Source: Cercozoa sp. M6MM | Taxonomy: Eukaryota > Protista > Endomyxa: Ascetosporea | Length of the DNA stretch: 64,000 nt | Strand: one strand, 5' to 3' | NCBI GenBank assembly: GCA_040357565.1 | Contig: JBDODJ010000012.1 | Shown here: positions 24,986 through 36,735 of the stretch, in pieces | Layout of the letters: every line of letters starts with the position of its first letter | Numbering within the stretch: the stretch's first letter is position 1 | Translations under genes and position numbers: made by a program | The notes under the pieces: model-generated | What the model was told of the DNA's origin: nothing | The model's database searches: none | What the model saw: only the letters and a program-made list of their open reading frames with translations

Positions 24986-25175
24986 GCATTCAAGTGGAAG
25001 CTGCTTGGGTTGCTGGGAGAGCACTGTACTGTACAGTACACTACAGCAGTGCCTGAATCGTGCAAACATATACTTGTAGCGCTTAGAGGTATTTATTGAG
25101 GAATGTAGCAGTGCGTGCAACATTGTCTGTGGTGTGTTTCGTGTGTCTGCTGAAGGTGTGTGTCTGTGCAGTTAA

Positions 25176-26386
25176 ATGGGCCAGGTGCAGTCGGGCAGCA
25201 GCAAAGGCGGCCGCACGCAGCAGCAGCGACGGCAAAAGCCGCGCGAGCAGCGACAGCGCGAGAAAGAGCAGCAGCAGCAGAAACAGGAGCAGCCAGAGCA
25301 GCAACAAGAGCAGCAACAACAAGAGCAGCAGCCACAAGAGCGACGCAGTTCGGCGAAGCGCGTGCGCGATGACGACACCGAGCGTGATGACGATGACAGC
25401 GACGACGTCATCGAGGAGCCCGGCATCGAGGACGTCGATGACGACGACGAGGACGACATTCTCATTGAGGACGATGTCAGTGAGGTACCTCTCTTTCCCC
25501 TTTACCCCCTGCCTTCCATCCCTTTGTGTCTATGCGAAGGAGCTGTCGCGCACGCAGCGCCGTCGGCGCGTGATTGCGCCGGACTCGCGCGGTCGCCGGC
25601 GTCGACCGAGGTACCCGTGCTAGCACCGTGTAATATATTCAAGAATACCCCCCCCCCCCGTAGACCGCATGTCGATGCTGAGCTGATCGACATGGAAGAC
25701 GAAGACAAACAGACCGACGATGTGGTACATTCTTGGTGCTTGTGTCATGGTGTGTGTGTGTGTGTACCGAGAGGAAGTTCATATGAAGTCGAGAAAGTCG
25801 AGGAAACGCAAACCGCACACTGTTGTGGTAGCTATAAATACGGGAGGAGGTAAAGTGAGCGGAGCTACGATGCCGTTGTGTGACAGAGGAAAGTGCTCGT
25901 ATGGAAACACGGCGGTAACGACGTCTATGTCGCCGGCACTTGGTGTGTTGAGATCTCTTAACTTACCTCTCCGTGTTATATAGCCATGGCATGACGATGC
26001 GTTGACAGGGACGACATGGAAGCACGTGTCAAGCTAAACCGACGCGCCAATGGCACCTTCAGGTAGTCCTATTTCTCCTTCCTCATCTCTGCACTCATAC
26101 TCTGTATGTGCACAACAGTGCAACCCTCGCATTGCCTGCTCCGGCCACTTTCGACTACCGTTACGTCGTTGATGGACAGGAACGGCATGCCGTTGACCAG
26201 GTGCAGAACCTTACTGCCTACCCTGTTCCTTACTTTACCCATCCCCTGGCTCCCCTCTGTACAGGCCGTGGTAGACATCGATGGCGTGCTGTTCAACCGC
26301 GTGACTACTGCCGTCGGCGAGAATGACGCCGTCATCCAGCAGGAGGACGAGTACGGCTGCGAGATTCCCAACGAAGGTACCTGTGT

Positions 26387-26436
<50 letters not shown>

Positions 26437-26446
26437 NNNNNNNNNN

Positions 26447-26528
<82 letters not shown>

Positions 26529-27715
26529 GTGTGTGTGTGTGGGGCACGTGTCGTCTGCGCAGAACACTACCGAAAGGACCCGCCAACGATGCCGCCGCAG
26601 TTGAAGAGCAACGTGCTGGCACCCAGCCAGGTACTGCTTTGTCTTTAGCATGTGTATCAGTATCTCTAGAACCCATCTTTCTATGTGTTGTCTGTGTCTG
26701 CAGACACAAGCACACACGCGCGACCCGCAGAGTCTGCCACCGCCATCGCATGTCACTTTGCAGCACCTGTATAAGCCACTCGCACACCTTGCCCTTTTCG
26801 TACTGTACCACTCTCCCACTCCCTGTGTAGTTACACGGCCCGCCGACGACGCAAGCAAGTGCGCAGTCTCAAATTAGACCACGCCACCAGCAGCGTGGGC
26901 TCGACCACTAACGCCTCTGGCTCGACGGTTCCCACGCTGCAACAAATCGTACCCTTGCCTGTTCGGCCTACTCTTGTCTGTTTCCTCTATCGAGAGACAC
27001 TTTGGTAGGTGCACAAGCACAAGTCAACAGCGACATCGAGCGAGTGCTTTCGAAGTGCTGTCACCCACCGATATCGTTCTAAGTTTGTCACTACCGTACC
27101 CCTTTTTCTGCCCTTCGCTTGCTTTACCTTCGCTTACACCCCCTCCGAAGGTGTTCTACCGGCCGCCAGTGCGTGACGCGGAAAATGCGCGCGTGGCCGA
27201 GCCCATCCAGCGTCCCAAACGTCATGTACTTGCGTTGCCTATCCCTGGCATCCTGTTATTTTAACCTGTGCATAGGCACCGACCTCCGTAGTCATGCGAC
27301 CCAGACACTCTTCCTCAAGAGGTAATTTTCCACCCCTAACATCTCCATCGACCTGTTCGTGCTCTCTCAGTGCTCGCGTGTTTAGGAACACGATCGCGTA
27401 CGCCGACCTTTGTGGAGCCGCGCTCACGCACTGTTAGCGAACACCGACGCCGGTATATTTTCTTGTATGACAACTAACATGTCGTTTGATTGAAACTTAA
27501 CTTTTGTGGCCTTTTGGGGTGTGGGCAGGAGCGAGCAGCACGACCGCGAGTCACTCAGCCCGCTGCCGGAACAGCCGCTGCGACCACAGCAGCCCGAAGC
27601 AGCTGTACCTGAGGAAGTCAACCCAGTCGACAGCGACCTTCAGGACGATGACGACGATATTGTGGTGGAGGCACCGTCGCGAAACATGTCGCAACTCCTG
27701 CTAGATGACATCTGA
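25176..27715 (+). CDS. AMPK/SNF1 beta subunit (N-myristoylation motif, CBM48, ASC domain)
   Basis: MGQVQS myristoylation motif. CBM48: WKHGGNDVYVAGT...GTF|SATLALPAPATFDYRYVVDGQ. ASC: PPTMPPQL...LPPPSHVTLQHL...AVTHRYRSKFVTT|VFYRP. Confidence 0.9.
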
Positions 27716-28254
27716 TCGAGTCATCCATGAGTCCCGTTCACTCGAGCCCAGTTGTGAATCTAACCTCTAATTTTCTTTTCGTTTTCGCCTACAATTGTAC
27801 TTGCCCCTATAGTCGCACTACAATATCTTGGTCACGAATCACGATAGCGCTACTGTTCAAGTAGCTGCTATATTGTTTGCTTTACTGAAGGGCAACAAAA
27901 ACTCCGCTCGGACTGTTCTGTAGCCAGTAAAAGTAGGGCCCATCTGCCGTGAAGTCAACGTCCACTTGTGTGTGTGAGGGGTTTCAGTAGCTGTAAACTG
28001 CTAGCAGAAAGCACTTCTAACGACAAGACTGTTCGAAACCGCACCAATTTTTTTTGATAACATCACAAGAAACGGTCAGTTTGGTCTGACCCAAACCTGA
28101 AGCGTCTGACCAGGCTTTGCGATCCCTGCAAGAAACTAGCCGTTCTCGCTGCTTCCGAACGGCGATCCAGCGGCTCGTCATCGTTCGTAGGGTTTGAGTT
28201 CAGTTTTGCAGATCTTCATTCAGTTTTTTTTTGCTTGTTTTCGACAGCGTGCGG

Positions 28255-29891
28255 ATGCTTCCGTTTTTTGCTGGATTGTTCGGAGAGGAAGAGTCCTCTT
28301 CTTCGCAAACTCCTCCAGAAGAGGAACAAGATAATCTCGAACGTGCTGTTGTGCTGAAAGCAGGTAGCCTGAACACCCAAACTCACTTGCATCTGATATG
28401 GTGTTTTGGTGTATTCTAAATGAGTCATGCTGGTCCATAGCTGTTGATCGCTGCTCGGGGCTGCTTGAATGTGCAATTTGTCAAGACGAAATTAAATCAT
28501 CGCTTTGTGTGGTACGGCTGTTTTCCCGTGAGTTGTTGACTCGTTAAAAAATAATGCTCGCATGGTGTGTATCTGCAGCTTGGAGGTTGCACGCACTTCT
28601 TCCATACAGACTGTATCCAAGTGAGTTTCCCTTACGCAATATGCATTTACTGGCTTGTACTGTTGCACAGACTTGGGCGGACCGCGAAAACACATGCCCT
28701 GTCTGTCGTTCGCGCTTTGGCACACTCGAAACCGTCAGCAATCTGCCACACTTTCTGTCAACCGGACAGACAGTTGAACTGGAGCCTGTGAGTGCCACGG
28801 AAGTTGGCAATGCGCCCACGAACTCCGAAGAAGAGGGCTCAAGCATAGCGGCTCGCGTTCGTTCGCGCCGCAAGCGCCGACGTGAGAGACCTGCGGAGAG
28901 TGACGACGACAAGGAACCTCCGCGAGCGCGCCGTCGTATTTCTCATATTGAGACTCGGGACCAACGAGGGTGCGTATTCTTTTGGTGTGGCTTGGGTGTT
29001 GTTTGCTATGCTGTGTGCGCAGTCCCGGTCTGCCGATATCTCCGTTGCTATTAATGTTGCTGGGAGCCATTGGAGGAGGCTTTGGGGCTGAAAATGACGA
29101 GGACGAACTCGGCGAAATGTTCCATATGTATGCTCTTCCTTTGTTCCTGATTCAACAAACTTCGAGGCTTACTGTCTTGTTTGTTGGTGTGTTTGTGCAG
29201 GATGCGCCTTTTCAACTTTTTGCAGACAGCAGAGCGCCCACCACCGCCTGCGCGAGGCCGACCAGAGACGCCGCCTCGTGTGTCAACACAGGAGCCTCGT
29301 GCAGCTCATTCGCAACCATTGCGTTCTCCAGTGCGTGTGGCACTGAGGCCACCTGTGGCGGCACCGCCTGCCGTTCTTCCCTCGGATACGCAACCCTTAC
29401 ATCCGCAAGTGCCCCCGCCGGCCATGATGCGCCTCAACGTGCAGAGGTACTGTCTACTGTCTCCTCAGTCCTTCAGTTTGATGCGTGTGCATATCACGGC
29501 ATTTGTTTTCCGCAGGCACAGTGTCCCGCAAGAAGTGCATCGTGCGTTGTTGCACGCACCTTCTGCCGCTATGCGTCACCAAGTGCAACTCCGTACTTTT
29601 TGCAAGAATTTGTATCAAACGTAGCTGCGTATGCACTTTTTATGTTTGTGCGAAGCGGATGGCCGTACGTTGACGTATCACATGCGAGTCCACCCTCCGC
29701 AGGTGCGCCGAAACTCGCGCGACGGTGAGGTGCAGATGGTACGGCAATTCTCGTTCAGCACCGTGCCTGGCGGAATGCCGCCGTACATTCCTGGTGTGAC
29801 GCCGCCGCAAAACTCCGACCAGCAACCACCGCAACCGCAGCAACCACAGCAACCACCAAATCGGCCGAATCAACGCGGTCGTCGCCGGTGA
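28255..29891 (+). CDS. RING-H2 finger E3 ligase with Pro/Gln-rich C-terminus
   Basis: ECAICQDEI...|LGGCTHFFHTDCIQ|TWADRENTCPVCR is a complete C3H2C3 RING. Confidence 0.85.
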
Positions 29892-30129
29892 TGTGAAGTG
29901 GATCTGCGCTGTATCGATCGGTCGATTGATCGCTCGTCGTGTTGCGTTGCCGCGTGCGTGCACAGCAAAGCGCAACTTGAATTGCGCGGCGTTGCGTTGC
30001 GTTGCTTGCGACAAGCGTTCGGTTGGTCGGGTTCAGTTTCGTTGTTTCCTCATTTATCGTCGCGTATCTGCTCCGCTATAACGTAACATCTGATGTACAT
30101 GCATGCGTACCGTACCATACCGTACGACA

Positions 30130-30790
30130 AGCGAAAGACAGACGTGCGGGGGGGGGGGGTACAAGAAATCCCCCTGACGAGCACAACAGCCAACGTCGGA
30201 GTAGTGATCCCGAACCTAGCCGATATAGGACCGAGCGAATAGAATACGAGGAAGATGATGAACCAGCTACGATTGGAATCAAGCAGACTGGCAAATAAAA
30301 CGCGGACCCACTGCAAGACGCACAGAAAGAGAAGCAAAGATAATCAGAGCCTTCAGGTGGGCGAAAGCGAAGGCGTCGATAGATAGAAGGACGAAAGAAT
30401 CAGAATACTGCACCAAAACGTCAACACTTTCAACCATGAACAACACGAAACTCATGCGCAGCATAGCATTATCTCGATGCTGAGCGGACAGAGGCTCGAC
30501 ATCATTTGTCTCAGCGAAACAAGAGCGAACAACACTTTGGTGGCATTTATAAACCACATAGTATCAAAAGAAGACAAACAAAAACCACGCTCATCTACAC
30601 CAAACACACGACAGTAGTCTATGTTGTCGTCAAGAAATGGAAGCCTGAAACTTCCTCAAACATTCACATAAGAACAGGACAGTAAGAATCAAGAGGAACA
30701 CATACAGCACCATGAAACTAATAAGGAACAAGTGGCTCCAACTGATCCGAGAGTTATCAAACAGGCCAGGAATCCGCCAAAAACCGCATC
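30130..30790 (+). mobile_element. decayed non-LTR retrotransposon fragment (AP-like endonuclease N-terminus)
   Basis: Frame at 30387-30617, bounded by stops, reads RIRILHQNVN...RLDIICLSET (EEP motifs I and II). A-rich strand, no introns. Confidence 0.6.
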
Positions 30791-30992
30791 TCATGCAACG
30801 GACCGGGTCAATATTCCCAGTGGCAGTTTCGAGTCAATCACGGTCCTGCAGGAAGCTGAGTCAATGACAAATATTCCGTTCAGGGTTTCCGCGCGGTCCT
30901 TTGACCAGTGCAGACAACGAACGTGACTAGCAATGTCTGCTTGGCCAAAGCAGACGCATCGAGCACTTGTGGTTACCTGGTGTGCCAATGAC

Positions 30993-31443
30993 ATGAAAGG
31001 CGTGTTTCTGTTTGCCTTGCTGAGCGTGCGGGCTGACACATGCATCCCGGAGTCATTGAAAAGAGAATCACTGTTTCCTGTGAACAAAAACATCGAGATA
31101 CGAGTTGGAGGCACTGGCAGCACTGTGGCAGAGGACTCAAACGTCGAAGTTATGACAACCTTGCTCTCGGAAGCTATGGGTGCTTGCTTTTACCTCCTCT
31201 CCCAGTCTGCTACTCAAAACTGTCATTTTGGAAGTAGTTGAAAGCATGTAGGATTCCGGGTCGTTAAAGTGCCATGGGACAACGGTGAGTGCTATAAATT
31301 TTAAAGTATTCAAAATTGAATGCACCCTGCTGGGTCCCAAAAAATTATCCCGTCTGAGCAGATTACTCTTATCCGAACGGAACATTTCTTCAAGTTGTTA
31401 CTGGGTATTGGAACATGTTAAACTAAACTGCCGATTAACGCCT

Positions 31444-31488
<45 letters not shown>

Positions 31489-31671
31489 NNNNNNNNNNNN
31501 NNNNNNNNNNNNNNNNNNNNNNNNNNNNNNNNNNNNNNNNNNNNNNNNNNNNNNNNNNNNNNNNNNNNNNNNNNNNNNNNNNNNNNNNTGTGCACAATGA
31601 GTCCAATAGTGTTAGTTGGGAGTGCCCAAAATAACAAGAGGCTTTGTGTGTATATGCTGTGTGTGTATATG

Positions 31672-31756
<85 letters not shown>

Positions 31757-34700
31757 TGTTCTTTGTTGCAGGTGCTGGTCACGGTTGCTGGGGCACAACG
31801 TGTACCTTTCACTTTGCCCTGAATAAACATACCCGAAGGCATACGAGCATATACACTGTCTAGGGTGTGCCCAATGTGATGATGAACAATACACTGTTCT
31901 CTCCGGGTGCGTCGCACGCCCTGCTGTGGCTGACACTGGTACTTGTATCTCTACTGAGCGGTGCTTACCTTGCTTGATTGTCTGTGTGTAGGATGAGGGA
32001 GTCGCCCTGGGCAGCATGGCTCTCGTGCCACAGAACAAGTGGATGGTAGACGGCGGCAACCGACCGAGCAAGATACCGATACAGGTCAACAACATGGACT
32101 GTCTACGCGGAGTGACGGTATAGCTTTTGCTCTCTTTAACACACGAAAAGTGCAAAATACTGCTGTGGATAGGCGACATTGTCGCCGACCCTACTCACGG
32201 ATCGCAGCGCGTTCCGCGAGTTTCTGCCGAACTTGACGCTTGTGCACAGGTCGGTCTCTGTTTCTTCAATGCATCTTTGTGCATTGTCTCCTTCGTATCG
32301 TATGCCATACGTAGTGCGTGCAACGTCCAAAGTCACTCAGGTCGCATCGAGTTCCGACGACTCTCTTTCTCATGTCGGGTAACTTTACCACGGTGTCCCA
32401 CCTTGGTGTCATCTGGAAAGTGACACTTGCCATGCAGAGAGGCAGCTTTCCCAAACAAGCGTCGTTACTGCCAGAATGTCTGCCACGACGTCATCGGTGC
32501 TACAAATCTACGCACTCTGCACTGTTCCCTCGCGAGACTGTGTTGTGTCCCTTGAGTGCAGGTGTCGTTGTGGCTACACGCAGCCGATGGACGCCAACGG
32601 ACTTGTGCTCGCACAGGTACAGTTTTTGAGGGACTAAAAGTGATGCTTTTCAGGCGAGTGCTCGTGCTTTGCAGGACTGCTTCCGACGCGTGCAATCTCC
32701 CAGCGCCACCGCGTTCGTCTCCTTCGTCGATGCACAGGTTTCTGTCTCCTCAGTTGTAAATTTAAAATGTGGTATTTAGTATGTCTGTGTGTATGTAGTA
32801 CCAGGCCTTTCTTCGGGACGGGCGTTTCAACGACTCACGCTGCGAGAACGCACTCATGCGAGAACTGGGCTGTGCGCGACTGCTACTACCGGTACTCTAT
32901 CAACATCATCCTGTTGGCTCTCAGTTTTGCACAATACACGCAGATTAATATAAACAGAGCAACGACACTGAGCGAGTGCTGGAACGACACGTGGCTGCAC
33001 TAAGTGCACTCCAGCTGACCTCGCTGTCTCAGGTAGTTCTCTCCTTTTCTTGTCTTAGTACCCTGGCTTTTTAATTCTGTCTGCGTAGGTGGCACAAGCA
33101 CAACTCGCCTTGTCCAGAACAGAGTTGTCGGTGCGCGCATTCGCTCCATCAACACTGCTGCTGCCGACTTTGACGCCCATGTTCTTCGCGAATGTACTCG
33201 GCGTACTCGTGCCCTTGTTGGATCGGTACAATCCCATTATCACAATGGCATTATCGCACATCATGTTGCCGCCTTAATATAGTCTCGACGATGTTGAAAC
33301 CAAGTGGCGTCGAACACTTCTGATCGGCGGTGTCGACGAACGGTACCCCACGCATGCATGTACTCTGAGGGGGACGTGTGCTGTATTCATTCTATCTGAC
33401 ACTCCAGGGGCACAAATGCGGTGTTACGTAACCTGGGAGACACCTTGCTGGTGCTACTGGATGCGATCGATATGGAACTCGCCTCGGTGACTCTCGTCCT
33501 GGAGGAAACCGTCGCTGCCTTTCTCGCTGAACGCTTGCGGGTCTGCTTTTCACTCGAGCAATGTTCCGGTAGACATGTACTCTGATATACTGTCTCTTTA
33601 AGCAGACATCGAACGACACCGAAAACGACTTAATGCGAACGCAACTCCTGCTGCTGAACCATGCACAGTTCTTGGTACAGTACTCCACTACTCTACCAGC
33701 AAGCTATATCACAGTATTTTGCTTTCTTACTTGTATGTCAGATGAACTGGACGCCGCAGAAACTGCGCGATATCGCAGAAATCGCGCGACAGGAGAGACG
33801 CAACGACGTGAGTTATATAGCCTACTTTACTTTTCTATCGGGAAACAAGACAATTTATCTCAACGATTGTAGACTGAAACGGTGAAGAACGAAACGAGCG
33901 TGACGACCATGATTGAAGGCATCGATGTCGGTATACGGCACCCTTCCCTAGCTTTTGCTCCCCACGAGTGAGTTGTTGTGTTAATGCACAGTGCCGGACG
34001 GCGAGACCACGCTGCCGTTGCAGGATCTCGACTTGGGCAGCGTCAACTCGTTCGATGATACTGCACGGTACTCCTATTCTCCTGACGGTATGGACTTGTT
34101 GAATATTCAACACACGCAGAGACGCAGTGTCCGTGCTGTCGGGAGCTTCAGTTGCGCCGGTGTTTTTCTCGCGCTTGGTCAACTTCTGGTTGTGTCAGGT
34201 ACCTATTCTTTGTCGTAGTAGCACCTTCTTTTTGTTCTGACGCGTGCACAGTCACTTCGGTTCGTGGACTTGATGGCGCGCGTTTCGTTTGCATGCGTGC
34301 AATCCACCTCCTTTGCTGTGGGTATCTCTGGCTTTTAAACTCGTACCGATACCCACACTGTCCACACTGTCCCCTTAGGTGACACGCACAACGTGACCAA
34401 GGCACTGCAGCAGTTGCAAACACTGCAAACAACGCTTTCACAGTGGCAACAGTTGGGTACAATGCCTATATTCTGTGTCCAAGGATCATGAGGGAAACTG
34501 TGCAGAACTCGATGTGGCGACATGGACTACGTCGTATCCCTTCGACATCGGTCATCTGCTGGCTAACACGTGACATACCACATACCAACTCTTCATGTGT
34601 AAGTTTACTTGGCAATGTGTATGTTTCTAGAACATCGACGGGACAAGTCAATCGAAGTCAGGTCGGCGTCAATCTCGCTAGTGAAAGAGGTGAGTGTTTT

Positions 34701-36046
34701 CAACTTGAAACGTGTCCACTCTGGGTTTCGCGTGACTGTGACTGCTACCCTCCTAGAGTTCAACTTCACACTACGACTGCCGCTGCGAGGACCCATGCTG
34801 CCGCAAGAGTGTACCCTTTTGCTGCATTATACATAGGTGTCCATCACTACCCGCGTTGTGTTCACAAATAGACCCGTTCCTGGAGTTCACGAAATTTGCG
34901 CGGGTGCGCGAAGTGCGCATTTTCTTCGCGTCCAACGCTTCCTTGATCCAACCGAGTATGTTGATCGTTCAGTTCATTAGCGATGCTGCTGGTTTTTTAG
35001 ATGGGTGTCTGCAGACATCACGGGCGACAACGTCACAATCGGCGCCTTTGTCTCCGCCAATCATGATAATAGTGTCTTGGTACAACGACAGTTCAACGAC
35101 ACGCAACTGGCGACCACTGAGGTGAGCTCTTCTTCTTCTACCTTATTACATCCGTGTCACAAGTCATATTTCATTAGTTTTCAATGCCGCCGTTTAATCG
35201 TTCCATCACGGTATTGCTGCACTTTGCGTCCACTCGCGTTGTGCACTGTTAAATGGGCCGTTTAGGTAAGGGAACGATCAGCGACAGGACACACATGTCC
35301 TGACACTCTAAACGATCCCTTCCTTTCGGTAGTGTTGCTTCTTTGTTGTTGCTGTTGTGGATGGGTAAACACACACGAATATGGGTTCGTATAGAACGCA
35401 ACGACGCCAGTGTTTGCGACACAGTTCGCGTGTCATGGCAGGTGAGTGTGCCTTCAGTGTAAATTGAACTGAACTCTCGCATGCTACCATGCTGATAGAC
35501 GACTGCAAGTGGACCCGTTCCGACACATGTGGCTGTCGCCGTATACTTCCTTCCGCGTGCAGTTCGTAGCAACAACGCCGGAAGTTCTGCTGCAGTCAAT
35601 CACGCACGTTTATGTGCAGTTTCGGTATCCCACCTTGGTCTCTCTCACTTACTGCCACAGTATTTTTGCGCTGCAGGTACGCCGGCGTCGAAGCCACACG
35701 GCGAACAAGATATCAATATTCTCGACTGGTACACTGCATCGTGCGATCTTTACACCTTGACGCAATGCATTGTTGCGTGTAAAATAGGGCAGCACACGTG
35801 TCGGCAACGCGACCGTATTCGACATTGGTTGCGTCAAAGTCGCCAATCCCTTCTTCAACTCGAGTAAATTTACTTTTTTAACTTTGCAATGGCAAGGAGG
35901 TTTTGTGGGACGAGAGACACTCTATTTGTGCCATGCGAACAGCAGGCACTCCGACAACAACGCCAGGTGTCATGTCGCCTGCCTCACGAGAACGAGGTGC
36001 CGACGGTGTGTTTCTGCGACCCTTTGACGAGGTAGACCGACATCAC

Positions 36047-36094
<48 letters not shown>

Positions 36095-36617
36095 NNNNNN
36101 NNNNACACACACACACACACACACACACAGGATTGGAGGACGCAATTCTGTTGGTCGCAACCGCCTGTCGCACGTGGTACAACTGGTCTTTGGTGCAGGT
36201 GTATGTTTAAAGGCATGCGATGTATACACACATAGTGATACTGCCGGGTGATGCGACCGCACTGCGCGCGCTACCGACTTCCGTTGAAGACATCTTTCTC
36301 AGGTAAATTACTTGAGAGTGGACCAGCTACGCCCCTGAAAGGATGTGTTTGCAGGAGAACAACGCGAGGTGGCACCGACAATGCGCCCGTGCACTCTGCT
36401 GTCACCCGGTACAGACGCGCACGCCCAGATAAACTCTGTACTTTACTGTGGACAACGTACCTCCAGGGTGCCCTTGGACGCCAGCAAGGCCTCCTGGATC
36501 GCACAATTCGTTGTGCTGATTTTGTTGCTGTCGTTGCTGCCGCCGCTGCGACTTTTTTTGGACAAGCGACAACAACCAATTGTCGAAACTCGTCCCGAAG
36601 TTCCGGTTCAGCAATGA
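30993..36617 (+). CDS. large multi-exon secreted/membrane hypothetical protein (possibly more than one gene)
   Basis: Signal-like MKGVFLFALLSVRA, then VEVMTTLLSEAM|GFRVVKVP. A long series of short exons between GT-AG introns. C-terminal TM WIAQFVVLILLLSLLPPL and stop at 36617. Spans a 100-N gap. Confidence 0.4.
31448..31753. repeat. (GT)n microsatellites flanking a 100-N scaffold gap (31489-31588)
   Basis: Directly visible. Confidence 0.95.
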
Positions 36618-36735
36618 GGCCCAAGCTAGGCTTTAACAATGTGCTCGGGGTGTGATTTACCGCTCGAGCAACAAAAAGTAAAAAGACAAGCAGGATCAGA
36701 CAGGACTTTTTGTTCTTGCAACGCACAGTGCTCCA

